Positions 36,451 to 42,100 of a stretch of DNA of 42,100 bases are shown here, in pieces. Both the position numbers and the translations under genes were made by a program. Each line of letters starts with the position of its first letter. Within the stretch, counting starts at the first letter, position 1. Below the pieces are notes generated by a model. It worked only from the letters and a program-made list of their open reading frames with translations, was not told where the DNA came from and did no database searches. The DNA lies in NCBI RefSeq assembly GCF_001194135.2, contig NC_068987.1, positions 37,549,264 to 37,591,363 of the forward strand, given 5' to 3'. Source of the stretch: Octopus bimaculoides. Its lineage: Eukaryota.

Positions 36451-36945
36451 TTCTGTCACTCTCTATTCTGCCATACCAAGGCCGCTTGTGTTGTATAGCT
36501 GGAATATATTATAGTGATCTTTTTTCAAATGATCATTTCACTAAAATTTGAACATTTTGCTACAAGCGCGCATGTGAGTTGATTGTACGATGATATCTGC
36601 CTAATTGTTTTGCTCAAAAAGGGAAATAATTCTAATCTTTTTTTATGTTTTCCTTTTTTTCTTTTTTTTTTTTTCACTATCCCAATTTTTTAACCTGCCT
36701 TCATCTCAATTTTTCTCGTGATTTCTCTTGTTCTATTGTACTGATTTATACCTTGTACAGGCCATGTTCCCAGAGCTTGAAGATTACTTCCAGACACTAG
36801 ACGTGTTTTAAAGCCCGCCTAGATAGTATCTTCAATGTATGAAACTATCAGCAGCTCATAAGTATATACTGTGAACATTTAACTATACTTACCTCTTACG
36901 AGATAGAGTACTATTTTGTTGATCTTACCTTAACGGAAGAGTAAA

Positions 36946-37170
36946 CTTGGCTTAGTGGTTAGGGTGCAGCACTCACGTTTCCAAGATCGGGCATTACGTT
37001 GTGTCCTTGAACAAGACACATCATTTCACGTTGTTCTGCGAACATATCATTATCTTACATATGGCACGTCGTGCACCTGTAGAGGTAATGTTAATTTGAT
37101 GGAAGGAGTGAACTTATGTGAACACAAACATTTGATCACTGTTAACAAATTAATTGTGTGGTTGTTCAGC
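36946..37170 (+). mobile_element. tRNA-derived SINE, family C
   Basis: A box TGGCTTAGTGGTTAG, then TTGTGTCCTTGAACAAGACAC, a common SINE body motif; B box appears deleted. Confidence 0.6.
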
Positions 37171-37280
37171 GAGAAATTGCAGCTGAACAACTGCACAGTT
37201 GGTTTGTTTATAGTGATCAAATGTTTGTATTCACATAAGGTCACTCCCCCCCCCATCAAATTAACATTACCTGCACAGGT
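37075..37280. repeat. Long hairpin: ~96-bp arms, 11-nt loop (37171-37181)
   Basis: Arms are reverse complements; the ORF track shows mirrored peptides (VNLCEHKHLITVNK / VTLCEYKHLITINK). Confidence 0.9.
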
Positions 37281-37430
37281 ATATATATATATATATATAT
37301 AATCATGTCAAAGACCTATAATCTTTTAAGGGATGTTTGCATCCTAGTTCTCCGGTCTATACCAGTGTTCAGTGCAAAACTAAATACGTTAGTTTTACAT
37401 TGATGTATATTGGTATTTAAAATATTTATG

Positions 37431-37725
37431 AATGAGAAAAAGAAGAAAATGGAGAAGTTGACATATAGACACCAGTTTATTCAAAGATATTCAAAACAAT
37501 ATAATATGAAATTCTTATCCCTACAGCCGTTTCCATGTTCAATTAATTTAATTAGAGAAATTAAATTAAATTAAATTAATTTAAAATTTTCATATTGAAA
37601 CTGGTTAATTGAGTATTTCCAGAAAGGAGTTACATTCAGACGTGTTGGTCGACCCTTGACAGACTCAGATGTGTGCGTTTTGGTAATTTTGGTAATGTTG
37701 GTATTAAAAAAAAAAACCGTTATGA

Positions 37726-37762
<37 letters not shown>

Positions 37763-39920
37763 ACAAAGATGTATGATAAAGTTGTGTGCGTTCGTTTTTA
37801 ATACATGATAGTTGTTATTGGTGGTGGTGTTGCAGTTAGGCTGAACTAGATGTTAGAGAGAGAGGGGGGATTGAAAGACAGAGATATATAGATTGAGAGA
37901 GAGAGAGTGATGTACAGACAACGGTGACATTCGTGTAATTGTGCGTGAGTTTGTTAAAATATGGAAACCAACAAAAGATATGAAGTAACAAAAATTGCTA
38001 ATCAATTATCATGTTATAGTATAGCGTCATCCATCTTTGTGCCCAATAGTTATGGTCAATACAACTATATAAACAAGAGAAAACTTAAACGTTACCAAAT
38101 ACAGTTTATAAAATATATATATATATATATAAACTAAAATTACTAAAGCTAGAATTACTATAAAATCAATATGTTTTAACTCTAACTTACTTTAATAAAT
38201 TATATTATAAAATATCAACTCATGAGAAACGTACTTGACTGAATTTATAGCAAACCACAGTGATACACTTACGTGTGTAGAAAACTTAATATTACAATGT
38301 TAGAATAATAAGAATACTATTTGTATTCTTATTCTGCTTTATATCATTACATTCAGTAGGATTGCTATTTGCCATATTACCTATATTCAAAAGGTTGAGA
38401 TAGGCTTTAATTTGGGTTGTTTCCCCTTCTACACTAGACGGTTCAAGTACACTTTTCTTACTAACACTTAGTTGCATTTACTACGGTTATAATTATTATA
38501 AAAATTAGATCTTTTTTTTTTTTTCGTTAACTGAAGAAATGATCTGGGACAAGTTATTTGATACAGAAAAGACAACTTTAAGAAATCTAGGGTTAATAAT
38601 ATAATAAAATCTATTTTCCTTTGTAAAGGGTTTACAAAAAAGTTTCTATAAAACCAAATCATTCTTAATTTGCTTAGCGAAAATAATATTCTTATCAGGA
38701 GATGCATTATAATTTTCAAATTTTCGAATCTTACTAAATATATAAGGGGTTTGTTGTTTTCTTTTACTCTATTATTCATATTCCTAATCGTGTGAGGATA
38801 ATCAGATGAACGAAGCAATACATTGGTTCTCGTATTTTGTATCCCATTTTTCTTATTTGGAGATTTAAACTTACCTACTGTATCCCTATTCCTATTCCTG
38901 GTAGTTTGCTTAACATCTTTACTAACATGAGATACATGCATGTTATTAGAGATTCTGATGTTCATATGTTTAGGATAATACTTCAAGTTTTGTTTAAACC
39001 CGGCTTTGCGGAGTGCCACATTATAAAAGTTAGCATTTTTGTCAAAAATATCCTAATTAGACGATAGATTAGAAATTCTTTTAGAGATATTATAAACCAA
39101 AAAATTCTTTACAGAGCAGGGACGATTACTCTCGACATTTATATACTGAAGATTGGAGTTAGGCTTATGGTATGGCTCATAGTTGCCAGTAATGAGATTA
39201 AGATTAACATCTAGGAGGTTAATGATTCATGTTCATTTTCTATAATTATAGAGAGTCCAAAACTCTTTAAAGATCTGCAATATTTCTTCTTATATAATTC
39301 CAGTTTCCTATTAGATACGTTCTTAATAGTAAAGAAGGCATAATTCCGATATAAAACCTCCCGCAATTTCAGGAAAATCCCTTCCTAAGATAAAAAGAAT
39401 ATAGACACCAACTAAATCTATAATTTGGGCAGAATCTGCAGAGCCCATGGCTATATCAAAGCCATCTCTACTATCTATCTTAGTCCAATACTTGTTTTCA
39501 ACGTCTACAATAGTTCTTCTGGCAGCTGAAATAACATTAATTTCATTCATATTTATATTCGAGTTATTTTTCGCGGATAAAAGGGCCTTATTTAAACTAT
39601 TTGGTTAATTGAAGTGTAATAGCTATCAATATCTATTTGCATGAATTAATTCCTACTTTTATATTTAATGCTACTAAATCAATCTATTACTTTATAGATA
39701 TTAGGTCAGAGTTTGTAACTTAAACTTTCTGGAAATTCTCCCCTGATGAAATACCCAATTAACCATTTTCAATATGAAAATTTAAATTTAATTTCTCTGA
39801 TTGAATTTATTGGATATGGAAACAGCTGTAGAGATAAGAATTTTGTATTATACTATTTCGAATATCTTTGAATAAACTGATGTCTATATTTCAATTTCGC
39901 CACTTTCTTCTTTGTCTCAT
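37431..39920 (-). mobile_element. Decayed Penelope-like (probably Naiad-type) RT fragment flanked by inverted pLTR-like repeats (37431-37640 and ~39715-39920)
   Basis: FMQIDIDSYYTSI, FDIAMGSADSAQIIDLVGVYIL, GGLYR, LLDVNLNL..YEPYHKPN..YINVESN, ISKRISNLSSN, IWF. Flanks share GAAGAAA.TGG.GAA.TTGA.ATATAGACA.CAGTTTATTCAAAGATATTC in opposite orientation. Confidence 0.8.
39736..39837 (+). ncRNA. Hammerhead motif in pLTR-like repeat (core intact, stem I 5/7 paired)
   Basis: UUCUCCC-CUGAUGA-A-AUACCCAAU...AUUGGAUAU-G-GAAA-CAGCUG-UA^GAGAUAA; ACAGCUGU palindrome. Confidence 0.6.
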
Positions 39921-40019
39921 TCATAAATCTATATATATAAAACTGAGAATTATGTGTGTGTGTGTGTCTGTCTGTCTGTATGTGTGCATCAATAAACTTC
40001 GAGAACTACCCAAACGATT

Positions 40020-40420
40020 ACATTCAAATTTCAATTTGTAATTTTCCTGGGGCAGGATACTACATTCACCAACTATATGAGTAACACTTTCTTCCTTTGA
40101 TTTATAGAACTTTAATTGGGAATCTACCCGATTTTCGTCTATCTTGGCTTTTATACACTTAATCCTCAATGCCTGATTTTGTACTGCTACTAAAAAACTT
40201 TCTGTCTCTCTTTTCAGCCTTCATTTCTGCAACTACAACATGTCTTATTATTACTATTTTCTGCCACTATCTTTGGAAATCTACTATGCAAAGCCTTCTC
40301 TTGCCAATAAGGTAAGGCTGCTTTTTTTCTGGCTTTTAACTATCTTTGTTTTTTTTTTTTATTTCCCTATCTCCTACTGTTACTCTTAATAAAATTCTTA
40401 ATGAAATTTCCTCACTACTA
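40020..40420 (-). mobile_element. R4/Dong-like LINE fragment (zinc knuckle region)
   Basis: WQEKALHSRF..VAVQNQALR..KEESVTHIVGECSILPQENYK. Confidence 0.75.
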
Positions 40421-40499
40421 TTATTATTTACGACGTCGCACTGTATCCAATATCATGATATTGTTGATTGAAAATATTGTATCTACCGGTGATTTGTAC

Positions 40500-41135
40500 T
40501 GTCTATCAAGTCACAACAAGGAACTGAAACAGACGCAATATGCGTGCACTCCCAAGTAATGCCAAGTTTTGTAATACACCTAGATTGTAGGGTATTTCTA
40601 CAGAAACAAACTACAGGGATCTCAGTTCTTAGGTCTCCATATTTACCAATATTTGCCCTTTCTTTCATGAAAATACGCTCATCTCCTAGCAGTGTCACGT
40701 CGATTATTAGGCATCCTTGTTTGTCCCTCCTAAAGATTACTATATCCGGCCTTCGGTGCTCTAACAACTTGTCTGCCTAGAAATCAAAGTCCCAGGGGAT
40801 TTTTGCCTTCCCCTTCTCGTCCCTTTATCTTTTCCGGTGTATGTCGGTACCAAGTTCCTATTACTTCGTATTCATACTTCCGGCATGATAACCAGTGAAG
40901 GTTTTGGGCTACCTTGTCGTGTCTGTGCTTGTATTCATTTTATGCGAAACTTTCACAAGCACTAACAATGTGAGAGTCGCTTTCGACCCTCTTCCTATTC
41001 ATTCTGCAGAGGTTCGCTGCACTGTGTGATGTATATCCCTTGATGTTCAATGCCTGATCCTTGGCAGTAATGATTAGGTATTCTGTCTTCCTTTTCAGTT
41101 CACCCTTGTTGAGCCATCTCCTTGAAGCTTCCTAG
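40500..41135 (-). mobile_element. R4/Dong-like LINE fragment with restriction-like endonuclease
   Basis: WLNKGELKRKTEYLIITAKDQAL, HIVSACE, YKHRHDKVA, HRRPDIVI, CLIIDVTL, KYGDL (PD..D/E-xK type). Confidence 0.85.
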
Positions 41136-41145
41136 TCTTTTAAGT

Positions 41146-41168
41146 TTATTATTATTATTATTATTATA

Positions 41169-41240
<72 letters not shown>
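41146..41240. repeat. (TAA)n/(TTA)n tract
   Basis: Direct reading; forms the tail of the 41243-41918 element. Confidence 0.95.
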
Positions 41241-41242
41241 TC

Positions 41243-41918
41243 CTTTGCACAGCTTCTAACGCTGGAGATGAACTACAGTGTCAGCTGTTCACTACCAGTG
41301 AACTAATGTAAAATCTCTTATTTTTCGAGCACCTTCCGGAGTATTCGAGAGGTTCCAAGCAGTGCTGTTTTCTGCAAGTGCTCCCACCTCACTGCAGCCC
41401 CTATTTGTTCTCGAGCCTTTTTCTCACTGTTCCCAGGGCTCCGACAATTATTAGTACTACTGCTACCTTTTTCATCGACCACAACCGCTTGACTCTCCAA
41501 GCTAACCTGTCATATCTCTCAACTTTCCTTTCTTCGTTATCGCATACATCGTTGTCAGCTAGGCATGCTATATCTAGGATTCAGCATAGTTTGTTTTCTT
41601 TCTCAATGAAGACTATGTGCGGCTTCCTATTTTCTATCTGTTGGTCGAACTGAATCATAAAATACCATAGGATCTTTGCATTTCTATTTTCGACGATGCC
41701 TTCAGGCATGTGGTCGTACCAAATTTTTGCTCGTCAAGTCATACTTGTTGCAGAGTGTCCAATGAACAAGCCTTGCTATATTGTCGTGGTGTCTCTTTTA
41801 TTCCTTCTGGGCTAGTGGCGTACATTGGCTGGTAATATGCCATACGGGAATATGTCCACAGATTCTGCACTTATCACTTTCTGCTGTTTTTGTCCACAGA
41901 TTCTGCACTTATCACTTT
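41243..41918 (-). mobile_element. R4/Dong-like LINE 3' end with 3'UTR
   Basis: WYDHMPEGIVENRNAKILW, RKPHIVFIEK, ILDIAC, IIVGALGTV, HLQKTALLGTSRILRKVLE*; followed by (TAA)n. Confidence 0.85.
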
Positions 41919-41946
41919 ATTATTATTATTATTATTATTATTATTG

Positions 41947-42100
41947 TTCAGTAGTTTTATTTTTATAACGTGCTTTCACTTCACTACCGAGCGCAGTTCT
42001 GTGCGCCTTGGGTATGTGCTGTGGTTTGCTGTGGTGCTTTTATGTTTACTGTATTGAAAGTGTTTTGCGTAGAATGTGTGCATTACCCAGTAGTGCAATT
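41947..42100 (-). mobile_element. Probable 3'UTR of a further (TAA)n-tailed LINE running off the window
   Basis: Unique-looking sequence ending in a (TAA)n tail (~41917-41945) in the same orientation as its neighbours; no coding part inside the window. Confidence 0.5.

Noticed and set aside
36894-36929. 36-nt minus-strand mini-exon with strong GTAAGT donor upstream of the 35262 exon
   Set aside because: The only open frame ends in phase 1, whereas the 35262 exon needs phase 2.

Overview
Eukaryotic, AT-rich, repeat-saturated animal genomic DNA with six assembly gaps. The SINE, LINE and microsatellite repertoire looks like an octopod cephalopod genome (recognised from memory, not verified by search). 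No intact host gene, rRNA, tRNA gene or CRISPR array is supported. Most ORF-track entries are microsatellite or N-gap artefacts, or decayed transposon fragments. Recognisable elements: three Tx1/L1-clade LINE remnants, one RTE LINE, one Penelope RT+GIY-YIG copy, two other Penelope-like (probably Naiad-type) fragments, a stack of R4/Dong-like LINE 3' fragments in (TAA)n, a Tc1 DD37E (TRT-like) transposon, mariner and pogo/Tigger MITEs, and about 14 tRNA-derived SINE copies of at least four kinds. The most striking signal is at RNA level: six minimal type-I hammerhead ribozyme motifs (three with the canonical CUGANGA...GAAA..UH core and well-paired stem I, three degenerate), with palindromic or near-palindromic stem III of different sequences. 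They sit in a tRNA-headed SINE-like element, a fold-back element, Penelope pLTRs, and directly upstream of an AAUAAA behind a candidate GPI-anchor-type terminal exon. Hammerheads in Penelope-like elements are established; these particular arrangements may not be.
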